IMG/VR virus record: IMGVR_UViG_3300046167_000888
Source of the DNA: a virus
DNA: 64,000 bases
Direction: 5' to 3' (one strand)
Under the pieces are notes generated by a model, which ran no database searches, was not told the DNA's origin, and was given only the letters and a program-made list of their open reading frames with translations. The position numbers and the translations under genes were made by a program. Positions 1 through 8,529 of this stretch are shown here, piece by piece. Position 1 is the stretch's first letter. Each line of letters begins with the position of its first letter.

Positions 1-47
1 TATGAAAGAAGTTATTGAGTATTTAAAATCACTAAAAAAATAAGATT

Positions 48-377
48 ATGAAAGACAATTTTGATCATTATGCATGGAACCAAAAAAGACATTTGGCTGA
101 AGGGTTAAATGATCGCATTGGTAAAATAGAAATAATATACACAGAACCAGGACAAGGACGAAGACTATATGCTGTAAAAATAGATGATTCTGTTGGAAAA
201 AGAATTGATAAAGTTTATCAAGACGATGCAAATGCTATACTTAGATACTTAGGTATTGAAGGTGAATTACCTCGAAGCTTAGGTTTTGATGATGATAAAC
301 TATTAGATAGTATTGTAAAACAATTACAAGATATGGGTATTGAAGCTGATTGGTGTGATTGTATGGATATAAGTTAA
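48..377 (+). CDS. hypothetical protein with variant DNFD...LAEG N-terminal leader (putative internal head protein)
   Basis: ORF begins MKDNFDHYAWNQKRHLAEG, resembling the MDNFDLRKYLAEG leader of four other ORFs. Confidence 0.6.
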   Translation: MKDNFDHYAWNQKRHLAEGLNDRIGKIEIIYTEPGQGRRLYAVKIDDSVGKRIDKVYQDDANAILRYLGIEGELPRSLGFDDDKLLDSIVKQLQDMGIEADWCDCMDIS

Positions 378-404
378 AAAAATAAATAATTAAAAACCAA
401 AAAA

Positions 405-915
405 ATGAAAAAAACAATTTTATTATTCTTAGTATCAATGTTCCTATTTGTAGGGATGTAAAAATGAAGTTAAAAAAGTAGAAAAAGTAGAAACAGATCC
501 AGTAACTGTACAATTAACCGTTGTAAATAATACTGGAAAACCATTACCAACACATGCTACTTGGGGTGACAATGTTAAAGATCAAAAATATACAATTCCA
601 GTAAATGAAACTTATGTAATGAAGTCTAATACCCATTCACCACAAGGTACTATTTTTATTATTCAACCTCAAGCTCCTGAAAATAAAGAAGGAACTGGTG
701 TTTGTGATCCAGCAAATGGAAATGCTCAACAATCGTATGGTTATTGGAGTGGAGCTGCTCATATAACAGCTGACTGGGTAAAAAATGCTAGTAATCCTAC
801 TCCAGAAACTCATTTTCCTGGGTCATATTGGAAATTTAAAATTGATGTTGAAAATGCAGGTGACCCAATGAGAGAAAAGGTTACTTTTTCAATTGCTGAA
901 CAATGTGAAAACTAA
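405..915 (+). CDS. putative lipoprotein (frameshifted at GGG 453-455)
   Basis: ATG 405 gives MKKTILLFLVSMFLFVG. Removing one G gives lipobox FVG-C and reads in frame into ORF 619..915. Confidence 0.65.
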
Positions 916-918
916 AAT

Positions 919-1792
919 ATGAAAAAAGTATTATTATTATTGGGGATTATTATTAACGGGATGCTCAACAACGTGGCATGTAAGTACCGTTGGTCATGAT
1001 CCCATTTATGATACAGTTTTAGAAGTACCTGCTGATGTACAAATAGATACATTAAATTACAGGCAACTACAATGGAAATTAAGAACTGATTTTCAATTTA
1101 GATATGATTTTGCTCAGTATGCTTTAAGTCAACCTAGATCATTTGATTGGAATAATCGTATTTTAGGTTACAATTATAATTGGAGTAATAGATATTGGAA
1201 TTACAATTACTATTGGAATCGAGATATGATGTGGCATGATTGGGTTTGGGGTTATCCATACTCAAATTGGAGATGGAACAGTTGGAATCATTGGAATAGA
1301 CCTTATTGGGGTTGGAATAACCATTATTATGGATGGAACAGTTGGGGTTGGAATAATTGGGGTTGGAGACAAGAAATGAACGATTATGCTTGGCATAATA
1401 GAAATAGATCCAATACAGCCTACATTAATGGTAGAAGAGGTTCTAATAATATAGAAAATAGAGTTATTGTTAATAGAAACAAACCAAGAGTTAATGTTGA
1501 TCAAAACAATGTTGACATAATTGCCAATGAAATACGTAGAAGAGTAAATAACAAACCACGAGTTTATAATAATCCAAATAATCCTAACATAAACAATAAT
1601 AGCAGACCTCGAGTTAATAATAACTCTAAACCTGTTAGAGGATATGGTAGACCAGAAATAAACAATTCATCTTCTCCTCGTATTTATAACAGACCACCAA
1701 CGAGTACTAATAACTCTACTGTGAGGCCTTCAAGCAATATAAGTAGAGGTAGCAGTAGTTCAAGAGGAGGTGACCTTAACAAAAGAAATTAA
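919..1792 (+). CDS. putative lipoprotein with Trp/Asn/Tyr-rich and Asn/Arg/Ser-rich low-complexity regions (frameshifted at GGGG 942-945)
   Basis: Removing one G gives MKKVLLLLGLLLTG-C-STTW... continuous with ORF 1226..1792. Confidence 0.65.
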
Positions 1793-1800
1793 TATTTATA
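1792..1800 (+). promoter_or_regulatory. putative late promoter motif ATATTTATA (representative copy)
   Basis: The same motif occurs at 10688, 13559, 15488, 22531, 25256, 25556, 27374, 29009, 31435, 48839, 55204 and 56435, each just upstream of a gene start. Confidence 0.65.
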
Positions 1801-1816
1801 AATAAAAATATACATA

Positions 1817-2728
1817 ATGGACAACTTTGACTTAAAAAAATACCTAGCTGAAGGAAGAATCAACCAAGATTCTCAAGAGCTTAACGAGAAAAAACAAGAC
1901 TCTAAAAAAGGTAATAAGGAAGAACAAAAAAGAATGGAAGGCGCTATTAGAGATAATAGAGATCACGTTAAATCTTTAGAAAAAGATATTAAAGCCGACC
2001 AGAAAAAACTTAAAAAACTAAAAGCCGACGAACCTAAAGATGTTAACGAATCTGAAGTAACAGAAGATCGTGCAGCATCAGCAGCAAGAGGATTAGAAAA
2101 CATCATTGACTTTATAACAAAAAATGCTGATAAAGGTAAAGATTGGTGGAAGAAAAATATTTCAAAAAATATTGAAATAGGATCTATGTTACAACAAATG
2201 AAAGAAATAGAAGTAGAAGAAGGATATGGCAAGCCAATGTATGATGAAGATGATACTAAGCCTATGAAAGAAGATGAAAGAACTGATGCTGAAGAAGAAG
2301 GATATGAAGATGGATTCAAAGATGCTAAAAAAGATATGAAAGATGCTATGAGCAAAATGAAAATTTCTGAGCTTAAAGCAAAAATTAGAGAAGATATCTT
2401 AGCTACACTAGCTGAAGCTGATGAAGTAACTGAAGCAGAAGAAGATGTTGATGTTGATATTGACGATGAAGTAGAAGCAGACGTTAATGTAGATGTTAAA
2501 GATACAGTAGATGTAGATGCTGAAGGAGACGAAATTGATATTGTAAAACCAGCTGTTAAAGCAAAAGTAGAAGTTGGTTTATCTCCAGAAGAAGAAATAG
2601 TACAAGATTCTTTAAAAGCTGCAATGGATGCCGCTGATGCCATAGGAAACGATAAATTAGCTGATCAGATTGGAAATACAATTACATTTTTCACTAGAGA
2701 ATATGTAGTTGGAAGAAACACTGATTAA
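1817..2728 (+). CDS. putative internal head/core protein, acidic, with MDNFDLKKYLAEG leader
   Basis: Shared leader; many L/I/V-x-E sites; RTDAEEEGYEDG motif shared with the scaffold protein. Confidence 0.6.
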   Translation: MDNFDLKKYLAEGRINQDSQELNEKKQDSKKGNKEEQKRMEGAIRDNRDHVKSLEKDIKADQKKLKKLKADEPKDVNESEVTEDRAASAARGLENIIDFITKNADKGKDWWKKNISKNIEIGSMLQQMKEIEVEEGYGKPMYDEDDTKPMKEDERTDAEEEGYEDGFKDAKKDMKDAMSKMKISELKAKIREDILATLAEADEVTEAEEDVDVDIDDEVEADVNVDVKDTVDVDAEGDEIDIVKPAVKAKVEVGLSPEEEIVQDSLKAAMDAADAIGNDKLADQIGNTITFFTREYVVGRNTD

Positions 2729-2731
2729 CAC

Positions 2732-4235
2732 ATGCTTAACGAGCGCAAACTTACGGAGAGAGAACTAGACCATCGCGAAGTTGTCCTTCAAAATTTGTTG
2801 AAAAACAAAAGGAACCTAGTCAAACGATATGGTAAGGATGCGGAAAAGGTTATGTATGGAATAGCAACTAAAAAGGCTAAAAGTAAAATCGAAGGCATGA
2901 ATAAAGAGAAAATCAAAGAACTTATTAGAACACAACTAGAAGGGATAGACTCTTCTCCTAGGTCTAACACAGATGATATCGATGCTAACAAATCATATTC
3001 AGGTGGTGCTGATTATGGTTCTGAAGTTTCAGCTACCTCAGCTGAAGATAGCGTTGAACAAGGAGAAACTCAACCATTACACTATAGTTTAGAAGAAGGC
3101 CATGGTTTAGACCAAGGTGATATTGATGTATTAAAATATATGATATCACAACTTAAATCAGGAGGTGATTTATCTATGGATGTAGGTGCTAGAAAAAAAA
3201 TGGATTAAAGTTTTAACTTTCCTTATTAAATCTAACATAATACAAGACAAAACAAAAGATTTATCTAAAGATAAAATTGAAGAAGAAAACATTAGTTTAG
3301 ATGAAGTAGGATATAATGATGGAGAACAAGCAGTTGCTATGCACTTCAATCAAGATGTAGTTGGTATTAATAATGAATCTGATTTTAAACAATATAAAAA
3401 AGGATTTATTCAAGCTGTTGTTGACGAAACACAATCATATGCCTTAGAAGAAATGGATGTAAATGATCCAGTTCTAATGAAATTAAGAGCTGCAGCAGCA
3501 AAAAAAGATAGACAAGAAAAAGCTAAAAGTAGAATTAGCTATGAAGATGCTATGGATTTAAGATTAACGTTATCTCAATTAGAAGATTCTAGAGATAGGT
3601 TAGTTAGAGATATGGAACAAGAAGCTGAACCAGAAGGAGGGCCGATTGCAGATAGATATGGTGATGAATTAAATAAATTAGAAGATCGTATAGATTCAAT
3701 TAGAAAAAAGATTAACGATTACGATATGAATGAATCAGCAGTTACTGAATCTAAAGGTGCTAAAAATTATTTTGACGATTTAAAATTTAATTACCAAAAA
3801 GCATTTAGATACTTAGATGCAGATGAAAAAGAAGAATATAAGCAATTAGCTAAAAATTACTTTTCTCAATTAAAAGAGGGTTTAGATGAAAAAATATCTT
3901 CTCTAGTTAAAGAAAAACTAACAAAATCATCATCAGTAGAAGATCACATTGAAGATTTTAAAGATTCAGACGCACCTCAATTTAAAGGTAAATCATTAAA
4001 GAAAATTAAGCAAATGGCTTTAGCATCATTTTTATCAAAACAAGGTAAAAAAAAGGTAGCTGAAGGGTTTAAAGTAGGCCAAGAAGTAGAATATCTAGGA
4101 CATCCAGGTGTAATTACTTTAGTTGATAAAGATGTAATGGATAGAGTTTTCTATAATGTATCTTATGATAAAGGTAATGGTAAAACTAAAGTATCAAATA
4201 TCTATAACAAAGGTGGTGAAATAAAAGCGGTATAA
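2732..4235 (+). CDS. large charged hypothetical head-associated protein (frameshifted at A8 3193-3200)
   Basis: ORFs 2732..3208 and 3186..4235 join if one A is removed (ARKKWIKV...). Confidence 0.6.
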
Positions 4236-4237
4236 CA

Positions 4238-4699
4238 ATGACTAAAGCAGAATTAAGAGAAAAAATTAGAGCTCTAGCATTACAAGTTGTTGGGGAAAAA
4301 AGCAAAGCAGAAGATGCTGCTTTAGCTTATGACGAATTAACTAAATTCCCTGAATTAAAAGATATTATTGTTAATTTATTAACACATGAGTTTGATTCAT
4401 TTTTAGAGGATATTGAATGGGTAGCTCCTAAACCTACAACATTCAGAATCGTTCTACTAAACGGACAATATTTTTTATTAACGTTTAGTCCTAGAAGTTG
4501 GATTGCAACAATAGAAGGTAAAAAATATTATTTACTAAATCTTGATGAAGAAGAGTATGCTTGTCAAGCAATTGCTCGTATATTACAGTATGGACCTAAA
4601 TCAGGAGCTGATGCAAGTGCAGACGCAGATGCTGATGCCGGTGCTGATGATGTAGAAGTTGAAGATGAAGTAGATGTTAACGTTGATGTAGACGCATAA
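4238..4699 (+). CDS. hypothetical protein with acidic C-terminal tail
   Basis: Tightly packed ORF ending in a DVEVEDEVDVNVDVDA tract. Confidence 0.7.
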   Translation: MTKAELREKIRALALQVVGEKSKAEDAALAYDELTKFPELKDIIVNLLTHEFDSFLEDIEWVAPKPTTFRIVLLNGQYFLLTFSPRSWIATIEGKKYYLLNLDEEEYACQAIARILQYGPKSGADASADADADAGADDVEVEDEVDVNVDVDA

Positions 4700-4700
4700 A

Positions 4701-5915
4701 ATGGATATAGTAGAAAAAATCATAAGAGACAACTGTTGGAAATTTGATAAGGGGTATCCTGATAGTCAAGAGGATATTAATTATCTTAAATCTTTAATTG
4801 AACAACAATACAGTTTATTTTCAGATGAAGAACTTGCTGCTATGGTTACAAAGGATGTTGGTATTGAAGATGAGGACTTTGATACAGAAAAAGAATTAAG
4901 GTCGATATTAGATAAAGCAGATAGAAGAGTTAAAGAAAAATATAAATTTAATGATCCTGAAATGTTTAACAAAATAGTTAATGGGATTATGAATGCTAGA
5001 CTACAACCAGAACTATTAGACCTTTTAAGAAGAAAAGGATATAACAAAATTATTTTAGATAGATATGCAACTGAATTAGCTTCAGTTTTTAATTCAGTAG
5101 CAGATAAAGATAGAGATAAATTTATTAACTACATAACTTCAGATAATCAAAAATCTTTTGCTAAACAACCAGTGGGAAATATAAAAGATGAAATCAAAGC
5201 TACTGGTATGAATTTTGAAGATGATACTGTTCTTGATAACTTAGTAAAATTTACTACTCAAGATGAAAAAAAATTAGGAGTAGGTGCAGGGGAATTAGCA
5301 TTAGCTATGTTATTTGATAATGTGGGGGCAGCTAAAAATAAAGGTGATTTAACTTTAGATAATGGAGAATTTGAAATTAAGGGATATAATGCTAAATTAG
5401 GGAGAGATCCATCTGCTTATAAAGTTAATGTTGATGATGTTGCCAAACTAGGTATTAAAAGAGTAGATGGAAAACGTGGTACTAAAAACTTTACCAAAAT
5501 GTTTGTAGGGGATAGGGAATATAGCTTAAATAGATTTCCCGACTTGCTTGAAGCATTATATGAAAAAGCTGAAGATAAAGATCAATTTAAACAAGATGTA
5601 TTTGATTTACTTACTGCTGACCCAGGTCCTGCACTCCCTGCCGAAGCTGTAAAATACAGATTAGATAAAACAGATTTTACAAATGCTAATAATATACAAA
5701 AAAATATAGGCTTAATGAATTTTATTCGTTATGCTCAAGAAGAAAAATTCCCTCATTTTTTAGTACATGATATGGGACAAAAAGGTGCTTCAAATACTGG
5801 TGAATATGTATACGTGTCGGGAGATGCTAAATCTATGTCTGATCAATTATTTAAGTCTCCGGCTTATTTTCAAGATATTGGTTTAAATAATGTTAACCCT
5901 AGAATAAGATTATAA
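4701..5915 (+). CDS. hypothetical protein, possible PD-(D/E)XK nuclease fold
   Basis: GAGELALAML...KGDL...EFEIKG fits the E...D...E-x-K pattern. Confidence 0.5.
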   Translation: MDIVEKIIRDNCWKFDKGYPDSQEDINYLKSLIEQQYSLFSDEELAAMVTKDVGIEDEDFDTEKELRSILDKADRRVKEKYKFNDPEMFNKIVNGIMNARLQPELLDLLRRKGYNKIILDRYATELASVFNSVADKDRDKFINYITSDNQKSFAKQPVGNIKDEIKATGMNFEDDTVLDNLVKFTTQDEKKLGVGAGELALAMLFDNVGAAKNKGDLTLDNGEFEIKGYNAKLGRDPSAYKVNVDDVAKLGIKRVDGKRGTKNFTKMFVGDREYSLNRFPDLLEALYEKAEDKDQFKQDVFDLLTADPGPALPAEAVKYRLDKTDFTNANNIQKNIGLMNFIRYAQEEKFPHFLVHDMGQKGASNTGEYVYVSGDAKSMSDQLFKSPAYFQDIGLNNVNPRIRL

Positions 5916-5916
5916 T

Positions 5917-6549
5917 ATGTGTAAAAAATGTGGATGTAATACTTGTGAAGTAAAAATAAGAGGACCACTCTTAACAGAAAATAAAGTTAAATCTTTATTA
6001 TCTGAAAACTTATCTTATCATATTGATAATAACATTTCATTAATGGAAAATGTATTCAGAATTGGTTCTGATGCTCATTTATCTATGATTAAAGAAGCAA
6101 GAAAATTATATTCACGTGGCGTACTTGATTTATGTGAAGAAGATGAAGGGTTAATGGAAACACATTTAGGTGAATTTGATTTATTTGAAAATGAAATTGT
6201 ACCTTTAGATTTACCTATGATCGATCTAAATGAAGATGAGCAATTAGACGAAAAGAAAAAGGCTAAGAAAAAGAAAAAAGATCCACCAATTGGAAAACCA
6301 AAACGTGGTGGTTCAAAAGCATATTACGTTTATGTAAGAGATCCTAAAACTAAAAGAATTAAAAAAGTATCATTTGGATCAGGTGGTTTAAGAGCTAAAA
6401 TTAGAAATCCTAAAGCACGTAAAGCATTTGCTGCTAGACATAAATGCTCTCAAAAAACAGATAGAACAAAACCATCATATTGGTCTTGTAGATTACCTAG
6501 GTACGCAAGTCAATTAGGTTTAGGTGCTAATATGAATACATTTTGGTAA
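5917..6549 (+). CDS. hypothetical protein with basic C-terminal module
   Basis: KKVSFG...RKAFAARHKC...YWSCR module; Cys-rich N-terminus. Confidence 0.7.
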   Translation: MCKKCGCNTCEVKIRGPLLTENKVKSLLSENLSYHIDNNISLMENVFRIGSDAHLSMIKEARKLYSRGVLDLCEEDEGLMETHLGEFDLFENEIVPLDLPMIDLNEDEQLDEKKKAKKKKKDPPIGKPKRGGSKAYYVYVRDPKTKRIKKVSFGSGGLRAKIRNPKARKAFAARHKCSQKTDRTKPSYWSCRLPRYASQLGLGANMNTFW

Positions 6550-6550
6550 A

Positions 6551-7105
6551 ATGAACGAATTAAAAGTAAAAAAAACAATGGATGACGTTCTTGAACCTAA
6601 ACAGTTCAATGATCGTCAATCTTATCCTCAAAAGGAAACAGCAGCTATGCGAGCTCCAGGTACTGGAGAAGATGCAGAAGCAAGAGCACCTTACTATATT
6701 CGTTACATGAAAACCTTAGATGAGGTACTTACTGAAAAAAAGAAAAGAGACAGATGTCTTAGAATAGCAGATAGAAAATTTGATAAACCTTCAGCATACA
6801 AATCAGGTGCTGTAGTAAGATGTCGTAAAGGCGATATTTGGAAAGGTGTAAAAGAAGCGGTTGTTAATCAATTAACTGAAGATGAATCATTACGTAAATG
6901 GTTTAAACGTTCAGGTCCCTCAGGTAAAGAAGGTGGATGGGTTGACTGTAATACAGGAAGAAAAGACCCTAAAACAGGAAAAATGAAGTACAAAGCTTGT
7001 GGGAGAAAAAAAGGAGAAAAAAGAGCAAAATACCCGTCTTGTAGACCTACACCTGGAAAATGTAAAGATAAAGGAAAAGGAAAAAAATGGGGAAAAACGA
7101 AATAA
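6551..7105 (+). CDS. hypothetical basic Cys-containing protein
   Basis: PSAYKSGAVVRCRKG and LRKWFK...WVDC...CGR...YPSCRP modules. Confidence 0.7.
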   Translation: MNELKVKKTMDDVLEPKQFNDRQSYPQKETAAMRAPGTGEDAEARAPYYIRYMKTLDEVLTEKKKRDRCLRIADRKFDKPSAYKSGAVVRCRKGDIWKGVKEAVVNQLTEDESLRKWFKRSGPSGKEGGWVDCNTGRKDPKTGKMKYKACGRKKGEKRAKYPSCRPTPGKCKDKGKGKKWGKTK

Positions 7106-7350
7106 ATCCTTATCTTGATAAGGGTAATATAAGAACATTTTCTAAAGATGTTGATCCGATGGAATTGGTTTGGCATCAAGATGATGAAGATAGAAAAATA
7201 GAAATCCTTGAAGGCGAAGGATGGTGTATTCAACGAGATAATATGCTACCAAGATCGATGAAGAAAGGAGAAACCATATTTATAACCAAAGGTGAAGTAC
7301 ACCGAATATTAAAAGGCACAACTGATTTAAAAATAAAAATAAATGGATAA
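7087..7350 (+). CDS. cupin-like small protein
   Basis: WHQD...E...EG and IFI-x-KG-x-x-HR cupin-type motifs. Confidence 0.6.
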   Translation: MGKNEINPYLDKGNIRTFSKDVDPMELVWHQDDEDRKIEILEGEGWCIQRDNMLPRSMKKGETIFITKGEVHRILKGTTDLKIKING

Positions 7351-7759
7351 CTTCGATTTAAGAAAATATTTAGCTGAAGGTAAGCTCTTTGAACAAGATA
7401 GATATAAAAAAGTAGAGGACGATGCACAAGATGGTACCTTTTATGTTTCCGGATATGATATGGAAAATGAAAGAGATATCGATGATTATTTTGTTGATCT
7501 AAATTATGGTAAATATAAATCTGCTACTCAAGAATTATTAGACCTTGCTATGGAACAAGGACACGCGTATGAAAGTATAGAAGATTATTACGAATATGTT
7601 GAAGGATTTGAAAATGATCTAAAAGATTATGCTGAAGGTGAAGAAGTACCTGATTGGAAGATGAATGATCTAGCTATGCGTTTTGGAGATGATTATAGTC
7701 AATTTTATGGTGAAGAAGAAGATGAAGACTATGAAGAAGAAGAATATGAAGATTATTAA
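7343..7759 (+). CDS. highly acidic small protein with MDNFDLRKYLAEG leader
   Basis: Leader; about one third Asp/Glu; Tyr-rich. Confidence 0.75.
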   Translation: MDNFDLRKYLAEGKLFEQDRYKKVEDDAQDGTFYVSGYDMENERDIDDYFVDLNYGKYKSATQELLDLAMEQGHAYESIEDYYEYVEGFENDLKDYAEGEEVPDWKMNDLAMRFGDDYSQFYGEEEDEDYEEEEYEDY

Positions 7760-7771
7760 AAATAAAAAACA

Positions 7772-8068
7772 ATGGATAACTTTGATTTAAGAAAATATTT
7801 AGCTGAAGGTCGCTTATTAAAAGAAGAAGTAGACTATGAAATCGAACTTTTAGTTCCAAAAGTAGCCTTTGATGTAGAATCAGGTGAACTAGCAGATTCT
7901 CCTTATGCATTTGCTACTGCAGATGAAATTGAAAGCGGTGAAGCTGATGTTACTACTTATACTGATGGAGATGAATTAGATGAGTGGGTTTTTGACCGTA
8001 GCTACGAGAACGCTAAACGCTTTGAAAAAGAACACCCAGGTTTATTTAAAATAAAAACAAATGGATAA
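7772..8068 (+). CDS. acidic small protein with MDNFDLRKYLAEG leader
   Basis: Leader identical at the protein level; unrelated body. Confidence 0.75.
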   Translation: MDNFDLRKYLAEGRLLKEEVDYEIELLVPKVAFDVESGELADSPYAFATADEIESGEADVTTYTDGDELDEWVFDRSYENAKRFEKEHPGLFKIKTNG

Positions 8069-8327
8069 TTTTGATTTAAGAAAATATTTAGCTGAAGGTA
8101 AGCTATTAAAAGAAGATTATGATAAAGAATCACTTATTAAAGCTTTAGGAGATAATGATGATGCTTTTATTCAATTAGGAGATGGAAGAGAGTTTATAGT
8201 ATACAACCCAAACTCTAATAATGATGATAATGCAGATATGTGGGATGATTATTCTGTATTTGCATTAGACCAAGATGGAGAAGAACACGAAATATTATAC
8301 TCAGATATAGCAGGAATTAATATATAA
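8061..8327 (+). CDS. acidic small protein with MDNFDLRKYLAEG leader
   Basis: Leader identical at the protein level; unrelated body. Confidence 0.75.
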   Translation: MDNFDLRKYLAEGKLLKEDYDKESLIKALGDNDDAFIQLGDGREFIVYNPNSNNDDNADMWDDYSVFALDQDGEEHEILYSDIAGINI

Positions 8328-8337
8328 ATAAAAATAA

Positions 8338-8403
8338 ATGAAATGTAATTGTAAAGTATGTAATTGTGGAGCATCATGTGATTGTACATGCTGTAATTGC
8401 TAA
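8338..8403 (+). CDS. 21-aa Cys-rich metallothionein-like peptide
   Basis: MKCNCKVCNCGASCDCTCCNC*, 9 Cys; A-rich leader like its neighbours. Confidence 0.6.
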   Translation: MKCNCKVCNCGASCDCTCCNC

Positions 8404-8464
8404 AATAAACAACATATAGACTGATTCATAGCCAGTCGAGATTAAAAAGAAAAATAGACATCTG

Positions 8465-8490
8465 TGGCGTCTCCCTAGGAGACGCCATTT
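8465..8490 (+). terminator. GC-rich hairpin, probable terminator
   Basis: TGGCGTCTCC-CTA-GGAGACGCCA perfect 10-bp stem followed by TTT. Confidence 0.55.
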
Positions 8491-8504
8491 CTAGTTCGTA
8501 TATT
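8477..8504 (+). promoter_or_regulatory. putative early/middle promoter WGGM-N15-TCGTATRTT (representative copy)
   Basis: The same bipartite motif with an exact 15-nt spacer occurs at 9861, 38745, 40509, 56887, 58168 and 59957, with a variant at 39853. Confidence 0.7.
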
Positions 8505-8529
8505 CACGTGTTAAAATGATAATAAAAAT

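Larger units (their letters stand above)
7327..8104 (+). repeat. three dispersed copies of a ~55-nt direct repeat spanning the A-rich leader and first 13 codons
   Basis: TAAAA(A)TAAAAA..AATGGATAAYTTYGATTTAAGAAAATATTTAGCTGAAGGT at the starts of ORFs 7343, 7772 and 8061. Confidence 0.85.

Noticed and set aside
1963-2643. Long minus-strand Ser-rich ORF (also 17378..17779, 20029..20377, 29192..29632, 51983..52204 and others)
   Set aside because: Antisense shadows of acidic or Ala-rich plus-strand genes; no independent coding signal
7327-8104. Repeats as a CRISPR array
   Set aside because: Units are 290-430 nt apart and encode protein N-termini; no cas genes are present
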